Shown here piece after piece: positions 7,911 to 17,061 of a DNA stretch of 40,346 nt. Each line of letters begins with the position of its first letter. Position 1 is the stretch's first letter. A program made the translations under genes and the position numbers. This DNA comes from a virus (lineage: Duplodnaviria; Caudoviricetes): the IMG/VR virus record IMGVR_UViG_3300038673_000995, positions 1-40,346 of that record, one strand, 5' to 3'. The notes under the pieces are model-generated. The model had not been told where the DNA came from. It saw only the letters and a program-made list of their open reading frames with translations, and ran no database searches.

Positions 7911-9572
7911 GTGCCTATGCATAGAGACTTCCAAAAAATCCTCAATCAATTCATCGGTAGATACGGAAAAACAGAGGGGTCAGAACGGTTTTACGCTTGG
8001 GTTAACAAGCGGGGGTTAGATGATGCTAAACCCTACTCACCTGACCAGCTTAAGCAGTCGACGCAGGAGTGTCTTAGTGGTTGTAACCCTGCTTCTTGCC
8101 TGCATAATTGTCGGACTTGTCTGCAGGAGAGTTTCCAATGGGCTAAACCGTTGATTAAGCTTCTCAAGAAGGATAAGGACGCGAAGTATTATCAGGTGGA
8201 GGCTCATTTCGCCGTTACATCCATGAACGGCAACATCTACACGCTTGAAGAAATGATGCAGGCAATTCACACTTTACCTGCAGAAGGCACCGTAGACCTC
8301 AACCATAACCGCGAGTGGGTTCTGCCGAAGGTAGATATTTCAGCGGCTCAAGTTGAAAACGGCTGCTCTGAATGCATCATCCGAGTTCCTAACGGCACGC
8401 AAGACGCTAAAAAACGTGATGTCCAAGAATGTTTCGATGACGGCACTTATCATGCGGTGTCGATTGAGGCAGATTCTGAGGATGTGGAGCGCACCGCTGC
8501 AGGCAATAAACCCGTTGGCATGAAGTACACGGGGTTAGCGGTGTTGGATGGGGATGCACTGCCGGGGATTCCTTTGACTACGATTGCGCCTTTGGAGGCG
8601 TTGATGGAGTCGATTTATCGTGAAGTTGAGGCTTCTTTTTCCGAGTCTTTAAGTCATAAAGAGGTGAGTAAAAAAATGGAAAAGAACATCGAGGAAACCA
8701 AAAAAGAAATAGCTATCGTCACTGAAGCGCAAGTTAGTTTTTGCCCTGTCTGCGGAGTTAAAACCGTGGATGGCAAATGCCCCAATGAAGACTGTGAGGT
8801 TTACGGGGCGGCTATTGTGGCTAAATCTGAGGCTAACCCCTCTGAGGCTACGGCGCTTAATCAGAAGGTTGCGGATTTAACCAGTGAGTTAACCGCTAAA
8901 ACCCAAGAAGCAGCCGACAACCACGCTGAAGCCCAGAAAGCCCGCCGTGACTTAGCATCGGCTAGCGAGAGACTCAGCAATGTCACAAAGGAGAATCTGC
9001 AGATTGGCGTGCAGAACACGCAGATTGAAGCCCTGAAAAAGAGCTTAGTTGAATCTAAGTCTGAAGCTGAAAACCTCCGCGGCAAAAACGCTGGGTACAC
9101 CGAAACCATCAGCAAACTTGAAACTGAAATCAACAAGGAGCACAAAGAGAACCAGCGTCTACAGGAACGCATCGGCAGCTTAGAAGTCGAAGCAGAGCGT
9201 ACCCGAAGAGACCTTAACGAAGAATCTGAGCGTAGAGCATCAGCAGAGCAGAAGGCCCTTAACGCGACTAAAGAGTGTAGCCGTGTGAAGCTTGAAAGCA
9301 GCAACGTGTTGGAAGGCAAAGCGGGAGATACTCGGCAGATCAGTGAGTTGTCGGAGAAAGTCAGTGTAACAGCTAAGGCGCAGTTGAAGCTTGAAGAGGA
9401 AGCGGCAGGTCTACGTAAAGAAAACGGCACCCTAAAAGAGGCGTTGACGGCTCGGCAGGAACAGATCGAAGCAATCAGCAAGCATCAAAAGAAACTGTAC
9501 AAGGCTTTGGAGCGTCAAGGCATCGCTTTAGTTGACCCAGAAACCGGCAACATAATCTCTTCTCCCTCTTAG
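7911..9572 (+). CDS. Prohead maturation protease fused to zinc-ribbon and coiled-coil scaffold
   Basis: SMNGNIY...DLNH...AVSIE...GLAVL...PG protease-like motifs; CPVC..CPNEDC; long heptad region; located before MCP. Confidence 0.75.
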   Translation: MPMHRDFQKILNQFIGRYGKTEGSERFYAWVNKRGLDDAKPYSPDQLKQSTQECLSGCNPASCLHNCRTCLQESFQWAKPLIKLLKKDKDAKYYQVEAHFAVTSMNGNIYTLEEMMQAIHTLPAEGTVDLNHNREWVLPKVDISAAQVENGCSECIIRVPNGTQDAKKRDVQECFDDGTYHAVSIEADSEDVERTAAGNKPVGMKYTGLAVLDGDALPGIPLTTIAPLEALMESIYREVEASFSESLSHKEVSKKMEKNIEETKKEIAIVTEAQVSFCPVCGVKTVDGKCPNEDCEVYGAAIVAKSEANPSEATALNQKVADLTSELTAKTQEAADNHAEAQKARRDLASASERLSNVTKENLQIGVQNTQIEALKKSLVESKSEAENLRGKNAGYTETISKLETEINKEHKENQRLQERIGSLEVEAERTRRDLNEESERRASAEQKALNATKECSRVKLESSNVLEGKAGDTRQISELSEKVSVTAKAQLKLEEEAAGLRKENGTLKEALTARQEQIEAISKHQKKLYKALERQGIALVDPETGNIISSPS

Positions 9573-9756
9573 TTTCCAAGTTTTTTACATTTGTATTTTG
9601 GAACTTTCCCTTTTGGATTCACTGTTTCACAGTAACTTTGTGTTACCTGAGTGTAGAGGCGCGATGATGCTCTCTCGGCTGACCAAGAAATGGGCAGTGC
9701 AGCCGTTAAGCCCGTGAGGGCAGACACGCCCGCAAAAAGAATGCGAGGAATAATTT

Positions 9757-10866
9757 ATGGTTGATAAACCCGAAAATGAACCCGAAGTATTTAACCTCAA
9801 AGAACTACGCGAAGAACTCAAAGAAATGAAGCAAATCGTTGAATCTCTTAGACCAGCAGAGCAAGGCGCAAAAGGCCACGTTGAAGAAGGCGTTGAAGGC
9901 GCAGTCGGCGGCAAAAACAGTGTTGAGGAAGCCGTGAAAGTCAACGGAGACAAACTCCGAAGTGGCTTACTGGAATTCCTCAAAACTGCTGAAGTTGGTA
10001 AAAGCTTCAAAGTTGAAGAAGCAATCGGTGCTCTTAGCCCATCCAATGCAGTTCCTGCCATTTGGAGTGCAGAACCTGAATTACTCAGCCCCGGCGGTGC
10101 AGACGGTTATTTCCTGACGCCTATCGTGAAATGGAAGACCGATGTCAAAGGCCAGCCAGGCGACACAGTTTACGTGAAGACCTTTGCAGCAGTTGCAACT
10201 GCAGCTATCACATCTGGTACTGAGCCCACTTTCACAGCCTCCTCAGTTAGTAGGGTGCCTGTGACTTTGGTACAACGCGGTCACGGATTCTACATCACTA
10301 AAAACGACCTTGAAGACCTCGAAGACGGCGACGTTGACATGATTTTGGAGCAGAGCAAGAAAGGTGTTATGCGTGCAGTAGACGCTTATTTCCTGACTCA
10401 ATTACAGGTTGATGCGACTATGGCAGCTGCAGGCACCATCACTGAGGCAGGCGCTATGGCGGCGACTGTGCTGGCGAAGATGTGGGGCAGCCTCAACGCA
10501 GGCAGCTATCCAGCTAACGGCGCAGTAATCATGCACCCCGTCCAGTACGCTAGCTTACTCCAAGACGACCAATTTACCAATGCATCAACACGCGGTAAAT
10601 CCAGCATCATCGAAACAGGCACGATCGGCAACTACTTGGGCATGGACATAGTCCCTCTCGTTCAAGGCACCTTAAACGCGACTGGCGGCACTTACCGAGC
10701 CTTTATGATGAGTAAAGGCGCTTTGGTTGGCGCTATCAAACGTGACATCAGCTTTGAACGTGAATACTATGTCAAGGACCAGCGTAGTTACTTCGTGGCT
10801 TCTATTCGATTCGGCGGCACTCCAGCCCATACCTACGGTATCGGGTTGATGCTTACCGTTGACTAG
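9757..10866 (+). CDS. Major capsid protein (HK97 fold)
   Basis: GQPGDTVYV, IMHPVQYASLLQD, GTIGNYLGMDIV, SIRFGG motifs; 369 aa; GAGG SD; followed by terminator. Confidence 0.9.
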   Translation: MVDKPENEPEVFNLKELREELKEMKQIVESLRPAEQGAKGHVEEGVEGAVGGKNSVEEAVKVNGDKLRSGLLEFLKTAEVGKSFKVEEAIGALSPSNAVPAIWSAEPELLSPGGADGYFLTPIVKWKTDVKGQPGDTVYVKTFAAVATAAITSGTEPTFTASSVSRVPVTLVQRGHGFYITKNDLEDLEDGDVDMILEQSKKGVMRAVDAYFLTQLQVDATMAAAGTITEAGAMAATVLAKMWGSLNAGSYPANGAVIMHPVQYASLLQDDQFTNASTRGKSSIIETGTIGNYLGMDIVPLVQGTLNATGGTYRAFMMSKGALVGAIKRDISFEREYYVKDQRSYFVASIRFGGTPAHTYGIGLMLTVD

Positions 10867-10870
10867 GTTA

Positions 10871-10918
10871 GGCGCTTCGGTGTAGACTGCAAATTTTTTC
10901 CCCTTTTTTAGTTTCTTT
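10871..10918 (+). terminator. Terminator after MCP
   Basis: Short C(UUCG)G hairpin followed by T6 tracts. Confidence 0.55.
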
Positions 10919-10995
10919 AGAAATCCGCTTTTCAGTTTGGCTTAGCTGTGGGCGGCTAGCAAGTTTTAAGCTCTATGTTGGATTGGTGAATTATC

Positions 10996-12321
10996 TTGGA
11001 AAAAACTCAAATTCAGAATCAAAAGTTAAAGGTGCTCTGGTGGAGCAACGGATTCCACACACCCACAGGCTACGGGGTGCAAAGTGGAAACGTCATTTTC
11101 CGATTAAAAAACCTCGGCTACGATATGCGGTGTGCAGCGAATTTCGGGTTGCAGGGCTGTGCCTTAGACTTCAACGGCGTAAAACAGTATCCTACAACCA
11201 ACATTTCCCCCTACGGCGAGGACAGTTTACAGATTGTTGTGAACGGTTGGAAACCCCATGTTCTCGTGACACTTTTTGATGTGTGGTTGGGTGGGTTTAG
11301 TAGTTTCTTCGGTGAAAAAGACTGGCTTAAGAAGCTGCATCAACGCTGGATCGCGTGGTTGCCCGTGGATTCTGACCCCATCACTGAGGCGGTGGCGGAT
11401 CAAGCGGCTAAAGCGTACCGCGCCGTCGCTATGAGCATGTTTGGGCAACGGGAGCTTAAACGTGTAGGCATACCCGCGGATTATATTCCGCATGGGGTTG
11501 AATGTGACGTTTTGAAGCCTGCCGCGGATAAGATGGTTTGTCGGGGTTGGCTTGACCGTCACAGTGTCCCAGTTAACCCCCAAGTCCCCGTAACGGTTGC
11601 CCCCACGGATTTTGTGGTCGGCATCAACAAGGCAAACAAGGACCGGGAACGCGCAGACTTTGACCGTATGCTGCTAGCTTTCAAGTTGTTCCTTGAAGAC
11701 TGCCCCGAAGCACGCGAAGATGCTAAGTTGTATTTGCATACTTGGCCCAAGTTTCCCGGCGCGTCTGATGTGCCTTCTCTTTGCCGTGAGTATGGGTTGG
11801 AGCCTTACGTGAAGGTTACCCGCGACTACTACATGCTCTGCGGCTTAAGCAACGTGGACATGTCCATTCTCTATAACGGGTTTGACGTGTTCATGAATTT
11901 GGCGCGGGGTGAAGGCTTCGGAGCGCCCATTCTTGAAGCTGCCGCGTGTGGGGTGCCTTCAGTTGCCACGGACTTCACTGCTATGACGGAACTCGTGCAG
12001 GGGCATGGTTGGCTTGTTAAACCTGTCTGTACGTTGCGGAATGGGTTGAATGGGTCGTGGGCGGTGCCTGATGAGCACCAAGCCGCTGAAGCATTAAAGG
12101 AAGCTTATTTGCATCCTAAAGACCGTGATCGGCTGGGCAAGTTGTCCCGCGAGTTTGCGTTAGGCTGCGATTTTGATGGGGTGGTGGTGCCCCGCTGGCA
12201 TGAACTACTCAGCGAAGTAAGCAGTGAGTTGGGGATGTTTGGCACGGCGCAACAGAAGGATGAGGCGTTTGCGGCGCTGTTTAAGCAGGCAGTTAGTGAA
12301 GTGCCAAAGGAGGTAGTGTAA
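10996..12321 (+). CDS. Glycosyltransferase family 4 (GT-B)
   Basis: PTGYGVQ, IPHGV, GEGFGAPILEAAACGVP (ExFGxxxxE) motifs. Confidence 0.92.
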   Translation: MEKTQIQNQKLKVLWWSNGFHTPTGYGVQSGNVIFRLKNLGYDMRCAANFGLQGCALDFNGVKQYPTTNISPYGEDSLQIVVNGWKPHVLVTLFDVWLGGFSSFFGEKDWLKKLHQRWIAWLPVDSDPITEAVADQAAKAYRAVAMSMFGQRELKRVGIPADYIPHGVECDVLKPAADKMVCRGWLDRHSVPVNPQVPVTVAPTDFVVGINKANKDRERADFDRMLLAFKLFLEDCPEAREDAKLYLHTWPKFPGASDVPSLCREYGLEPYVKVTRDYYMLCGLSNVDMSILYNGFDVFMNLARGEGFGAPILEAAACGVPSVATDFTAMTELVQGHGWLVKPVCTLRNGLNGSWAVPDEHQAAEALKEAYLHPKDRDRLGKLSREFALGCDFDGVVVPRWHELLSEVSSELGMFGTAQQKDEAFAALFKQAVSEVPKEVV

Positions 12322-12926
12322 TGAATCCGTGGTTGATGTATCGGGTTTGGCTTCCTAAAGATGCCCAGTTGGATTTTATCAGCAAAATGGTTGATAATCC
12401 CCCCGAATTTGCCTTTAGTTTCAACCGTTACTATAACATGATTGAGACAGGCGAAAAAGATCATATACAGTTTAGGTTCCGCCGAGAAGACACAAGTCTT
12501 GCTGAAGCGTATCTAGTATCCCTCGGTCAGGACACGATTGGCTCAAAAACTTTGTTCGAATGGGAAAGTAACGCTCACACAATTCAAACCGCTTTAGTTG
12601 CCTCTAAATGTGCTGTTGACTTCATGAAACTAAATCAATGTAGAGTAGCGCCAAACAGCATAACAATGATGGAGTTTCTACATTTCTTCTTTGACGCTAT
12701 CGGCTTAACTTATCGGCAAGAGGCTTTCTTAGCTAAGTGTAACTTGGATTTCTGGATGAATTGGAAGCATTTCTCTGAGTCTTGGGGCAGCGATAAAATA
12801 CGTGGTCCTAATGGCGAATCGGACACTAAATCAGCTATTCCAGAAGGAACAATGGTTAGAAGTCGTCCCCAAGTTGTTGATAAGACAGCTTTAGAACTAA
12901 TAGCTGAACGTAAGGGGAGCGCCTAA
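12321..12926 (+). CDS. Putative lantibiotic-dehydratase C-terminal (Lant_dehydr_C)-like protein
   Basis: WLMYRV...FSFNRY...HIQFRF...LHFFFDAIGLTYRQEAFL resembles the family pattern; GGAGG SD. Confidence 0.5.
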   Translation: MNPWLMYRVWLPKDAQLDFISKMVDNPPEFAFSFNRYYNMIETGEKDHIQFRFRREDTSLAEAYLVSLGQDTIGSKTLFEWESNAHTIQTALVASKCAVDFMKLNQCRVAPNSITMMEFLHFFFDAIGLTYRQEAFLAKCNLDFWMNWKHFSESWGSDKIRGPNGESDTKSAIPEGTMVRSRPQVVDKTALELIAERKGSA

Positions 12927-12927
12927 A

Positions 12928-13443
12928 ATGACTGACTTAGCTAATCACTCAAAAGGTATTTGGCGCAGCATCTTTGTTTTTGATGAATGGCCTCAAATTA
13001 ACGTTAGAAACGGTGTTGTTCCTAAACTAAAAGAATTTGGCTTTGTGTATTCATATTGCTATTATAGTGAGACAGCTGACGAAAAAGCGCATATAGCTTT
13101 TAGAGTGCTTTTTCCAGATGTTTTGGCGCTTCAAAACTTTTTGGATTGGCTTAAATCAGCAATTAATGCCTCTTTTGAAGACCGCAATTATGATGTTGAA
13201 CCGTGTGTTGCTTGGGCTTATGTTTTAGGAACACGCATGGCAGAAAATTTCTTAGATTTACAAAAGGAAGCAAAAGAGAAAAGCGATGTACTATTTGGTT
13301 CATCTGATAATTTATTGCGGTTGGCATTTCATGGGATGCAAAATATTTCGCTAAAAAGTTACGGTGACGAGTTAGAGCTTTACCGCTTTTTAGAACAAGA
13401 AATGTTTAGACACGTATTTGGTAACTTGCGGGGGCGAAGCTAA
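12928..13443 (+). CDS. Second putative Lant_dehydr_C-like protein
   Basis: WRSIFVF...YSYCYY...HIAFRV...YDVE...FHGMQN...ELELYRFL. Confidence 0.45.
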   Translation: MTDLANHSKGIWRSIFVFDEWPQINVRNGVVPKLKEFGFVYSYCYYSETADEKAHIAFRVLFPDVLALQNFLDWLKSAINASFEDRNYDVEPCVAWAYVLGTRMAENFLDLQKEAKEKSDVLFGSSDNLLRLAFHGMQNISLKSYGDELELYRFLEQEMFRHVFGNLRGRS

Positions 13444-15165
13444 ATGGGGAAACGTAAGCGTGTTTTCGCAGGTTCCAAACCCGGCAGTTTTTACAACGCT
13501 GATTATTACCTAAACGGAGTCAACAGTAACTACGGGAGCAAAGACGCCTCGGGCAAAATCCTCTTTTCACCCTATGATGAGGCTAACTATTTGCCGAGGA
13601 ACAGGCAGCTAGCAAAGTTCATTGCTTCGACGTATAAGCCTAAGACCGCTTTGGTGTTGGGCTGTGCCCGTGCGTATTTGGTGCAGGCGCTTGTCGAGCA
13701 GGGCGTAGACGCGCAGGGCATCGACATCTCCAAGTGGGCGATTGAGAATGCGCCTGAAAAAATCAAGGACCGCCTTTTTGTCGGTGACATCTGCAACTTG
13801 TCAAGGTGGAAGACTCAGAGTGTGGATTGCGTAATTGGCTTAGATGTATTCGAACATATCAAAGTTCCTGACCTCTACACGGCGGTTGCTGAGGCGCAGC
13901 GTGTCTGCAAAGAAATCCTCGTGATCGATGTGCCTCTGGGGAAGGATGATTTGCACCCCGACCAATCAAGCGGAGGCGATAAAAGCCATGTCAGCGTGTA
14001 CAGTGAGGGCTTTTGGCGTAAGAACTTTGAAAGCGTTAACTTGTACTTAGATGGCAAGGACGTTTACGGTTACCCCGACGGCAGCATGGGCGGCACCTTC
14101 ATCTTCCGACGCAACTCACAGCTAGCCCGCCCCGTAGACCCCAAAGACCAACCCCGCGTAGACATTGTCATGCTCAACTACAACGGCTTAAAATTCACGC
14201 CTAAGTGCATCGAAACCCTATACAAGAACACGGATTACCAGATAGAGCAGCAGGTCCTCACCAAAGACGGCGAAGAAACCCGCGTCGAGTTGGGCTTTAA
14301 CCTCATCGTCGTGGATAACCAATCAACCGATGGCAGCGCCGACTACCTTAACTTTGCCTCGCAGAGCTACCCTAACATGAAAGTAGTTTATCTTAAGACT
14401 CTTAACAGTGGCTTCGCGGAAGGCGTAAACATCGGCTTAAAACATTGCACAGCGCCATTAGTGCTGCTACTCAATAACGACACATTGTTCACTCAGAAGA
14501 ATTGGCTTAGCCTCCTCGTTGAGGCGTTGCAGAAGCATCCAGAAGCAGGGTTAGTTTCGCCTAAGTTGCTCTATCCTGACGGTAGAATCCAGTACGGCGG
14601 CGCCAGTTTCGGGGCTGATTTGCAGCCTTACCACTTTGGAAGATTCAAAAACGCGGAGAAATGCAGTGAGTTCCGTGAAATTCCATGGGCAACTTTTGCC
14701 TGTGTACTGATTCGCCGTAACCTCTTCTTTGAAAGCGAACTTTCCTATGAAAGTAGAGACAAAAAAGCTGCATCTCTATTTAACAATGAAAAACCAATGA
14801 AGCCATGGACTAAAGAAACTTTTCCTAAAGAACTGTGGGCTTTTGCTTCAGAAGAATTAAAAGCGGCTTTGAATGCTGGACAAACAGTTTACTACTATAA
14901 GGAACTGCTATCTGGACTGGATGAAGCCTACAAACTCGGAACCTTCGAAGACGTAGATTTCTGTTGCAAAGCCAGATTCAACGGCTGGAAAGTCCTCTAT
15001 GAGCCTGCGTGTCGAGTGTACCATTATGAGGGCGCGACGGTGTTTACGCTTAGCAAGGCGCATTATAGTCAGCAGCAAGCTGCGAACGCTGCGTTGTTTT
15101 ATGGTCGGTGGCGGGCTTGGCTGTCAATGAACCGCAATGCTTACCCAGAGGTGTATACCGAATGA
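13444..15165 (+). CDS. Class I SAM methyltransferase fused to glycosyltransferase family 2
   Basis: LVLGCARAY/GIDIS/DVFEHI; then IVMLNYN, IVVDNQSTDGS, LLNNDT, FEDVDFC motifs. Confidence 0.9.
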   Translation: MGKRKRVFAGSKPGSFYNADYYLNGVNSNYGSKDASGKILFSPYDEANYLPRNRQLAKFIASTYKPKTALVLGCARAYLVQALVEQGVDAQGIDISKWAIENAPEKIKDRLFVGDICNLSRWKTQSVDCVIGLDVFEHIKVPDLYTAVAEAQRVCKEILVIDVPLGKDDLHPDQSSGGDKSHVSVYSEGFWRKNFESVNLYLDGKDVYGYPDGSMGGTFIFRRNSQLARPVDPKDQPRVDIVMLNYNGLKFTPKCIETLYKNTDYQIEQQVLTKDGEETRVELGFNLIVVDNQSTDGSADYLNFASQSYPNMKVVYLKTLNSGFAEGVNIGLKHCTAPLVLLLNNDTLFTQKNWLSLLVEALQKHPEAGLVSPKLLYPDGRIQYGGASFGADLQPYHFGRFKNAEKCSEFREIPWATFACVLIRRNLFFESELSYESRDKKAASLFNNEKPMKPWTKETFPKELWAFASEELKAALNAGQTVYYYKELLSGLDEAYKLGTFEDVDFCCKARFNGWKVLYEPACRVYHYEGATVFTLSKAHYSQQQAANAALFYGRWRAWLSMNRNAYPEVYTE

Positions 15166-15638
15166 GTGGCTTAGTTATGCCTGCTTTCCTTAGGGGAAAC
15201 AGTATTTCAAAAGTTGATGAAAACAAAACATCAATCACCTACAGAAACAACGACAACGGAGACATGTGGCTTTATAAGAAAAGCAAAAATTCATACAACC
15301 CCGAAGCCCATTGGTATGATCCAAAAAACTGGGAATTAATTTCAAGCAAAGGCAAACTTTACCAAAAACTTGAGGCTAACCTGTTTGCTCACTTGACAGA
15401 TTCCGGAGAATGGGACGCTGAATATGCAGAACAGCAAATCAAAACACCCATCGAAGAAGCTAAAACCACATTTCCTACGCGAGAACAAGCTGAGCAAGTT
15501 GCTAATTCACGGTTAGCTCCAGTTGGGGGATTAGGTAAACATGGCAGTTTAGACTTAGTTGTAGTTGACCGCATCCACTGCGAACTCTGCGAGACATGGT
15601 TCAAAGAACAATTTGGAGTTAAGGAGCCAGCGCAATGA
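15162..15638 (+). CDS. Hypothetical protein with AKxxFP...WFxxxFG module
   Basis: ATGA overlap at 15162 with GAGGTG SD; coupled to next gene. Confidence 0.65.
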   Translation: MSGLVMPAFLRGNSISKVDENKTSITYRNNDNGDMWLYKKSKNSYNPEAHWYDPKNWELISSKGKLYQKLEANLFAHLTDSGEWDAEYAEQQIKTPIEEAKTTFPTREQAEQVANSRLAPVGGLGKHGSLDLVVVDRIHCELCETWFKEQFGVKEPAQ

Positions 15639-15829
15639 AGCCTCACCCTACAACTTTAGCAGCACACATCAAAGAGGTCTGCAAGAAATTTGACCTCAAA
15701 AATGTTAGCCGCATAGATTTCGATGTACCAATTTTCATGCGCGGCGGCAAAGTGTACGTAGATAAAGAGTCTGGACCTTCTCGCGTTAAGTTTTCTGTGG
15801 CGCGTAAAATGGAGTTGGTGAACGCATGA
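15635..15829 (+). CDS. Small hypothetical protein
   Basis: ATGA overlaps at both ends; AAGGAG SD. Confidence 0.6.
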   Translation: MKPHPTTLAAHIKEVCKKFDLKNVSRIDFDVPIFMRGGKVYVDKESGPSRVKFSVARKMELVNA

Positions 15830-16941
15830 AGCTTTCCTTTGTGAACTTTGGCAGTGACCGATGCGGCGGGAACCGTGTTCTCTACGAAGTGGTTAACGGC
15901 TTAATCACCCGCGGTCACGATGTTTCTTACTTAGCCCTCGCGGATCAGAATTGGTTTTCGCTGAAAACGCCGATTACCGTCTGTAAATCTCCCCAAGACT
16001 TAGTTTCCGCCATCCCCGAATCCGATGTCTTAGTCGCTACTTGGTGCGCTACCGCTCCCCTCGTGGATCAAGTGAAGGGGCAGAAAGGCACCCCTGCATA
16101 TTACTGTCAACATCACGAGCCTATCTTCTTTTTCCGTCCTGAGGAACAGGAGTTTGTCGCGGCAACTTACAGGTTAAACCTTAACCTCATTGCGAACAGT
16201 CCGTGGCTAGCTGGGGTTCTTAAAGAGAAGTATGGGCGTACAAGCAGTTTGATAGTGCCTGGCGTTGACCAAACAGTTTTCAAGCCTAACGCGGCGGTTG
16301 CTTCGGCTAAACATGACGCCGATGTGGAGCGGGAAAAAGCCTTCGCAGACTACAAAGATAAACTGCAGGCTGTTGTTAAGCCTGATGATTTGCCGCAACT
16401 GGGCAAGTGTGCACCGTTTAAGGTGTTGGCGTTCGCTAGCCAAACCCCGTTTAAAGGCCTCTTCGATACGGTTTTGCCTGCCCTGAATCATGTATATCGG
16501 TTGCTTGGGGATGCTGTAGAGTTTCACCTGTTCGGGGCTTTGCCTCATGCGCCTGTGGGGTATCCTGAGCGTTTTCTGCAAAAAATCGTGATGCACAACC
16601 CTAAATCAGATACTGAGTTGGCAGAGTTGTATGGTGGTGCTGACCTTGTGGTATCGGGGTCATGGGCTGAATCGTCCCCCTTGCCGCATCTCGAAGCTAT
16701 GGCGTGCGGAACTCCTGTGGTCTGTACCGAATACGGAACCGAGCATTACGGCGATGCGCTTGTGCGTGTGCCTCCTCGTGCTCCGCGGCTGTTGGGTGAC
16801 ACTGTTTTCAAAGTGTTGGCTAACCGTGAACTCCGCGAGAAAATGCGGTTACTGGGCTTAGAAGATGTGAAGCAGTTCACTTGGCAGAACACCGTTGACG
16901 GGGCTGAGCGGTTCTTTAAGGAACTCGTGGGGGAAGCCTAA
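15826..16941 (+). CDS. Glycosyltransferase family 4
   Basis: CGGNRV, DVLVATW, IANSPWL, ESSPLPHLEAMACGTPVV. Confidence 0.9.
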   Translation: MKLSFVNFGSDRCGGNRVLYEVVNGLITRGHDVSYLALADQNWFSLKTPITVCKSPQDLVSAIPESDVLVATWCATAPLVDQVKGQKGTPAYYCQHHEPIFFFRPEEQEFVAATYRLNLNLIANSPWLAGVLKEKYGRTSSLIVPGVDQTVFKPNAAVASAKHDADVEREKAFADYKDKLQAVVKPDDLPQLGKCAPFKVLAFASQTPFKGLFDTVLPALNHVYRLLGDAVEFHLFGALPHAPVGYPERFLQKIVMHNPKSDTELAELYGGADLVVSGSWAESSPLPHLEAMACGTPVVCTEYGTEHYGDALVRVPPRAPRLLGDTVFKVLANRELREKMRLLGLEDVKQFTWQNTVDGAERFFKELVGEA

Positions 16942-17060
16942 TGGGATTTACTGACCCCTGTGGTAAACTGCCAAACTGGTTAACTGATAAACTTCAGCGA
17001 AGAAAGCAGCGGACAATTAACTTGGGTGATAAAGGAGAAAACATCCCTCTGGTGAGCTAA
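16941..17060 (+). CDS. Small hypothetical peptide (39 aa, not in ORF track)
   Basis: TAATG coupling to upstream stop; ends 1 nt before next ATG. Confidence 0.5.
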   Translation: MGFTDPCGKLPNWLTDKLQRRKQRTINLGDKGENIPLVS

Positions 17061-17061
17061 G

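Noticed and set aside
8861-9481. 206-aa minus-strand ORF
   Set aside because: Ser/Leu/Phe-rich shadow of the coiled-coil scaffold with no motifs, unlike the intein antisense ORF
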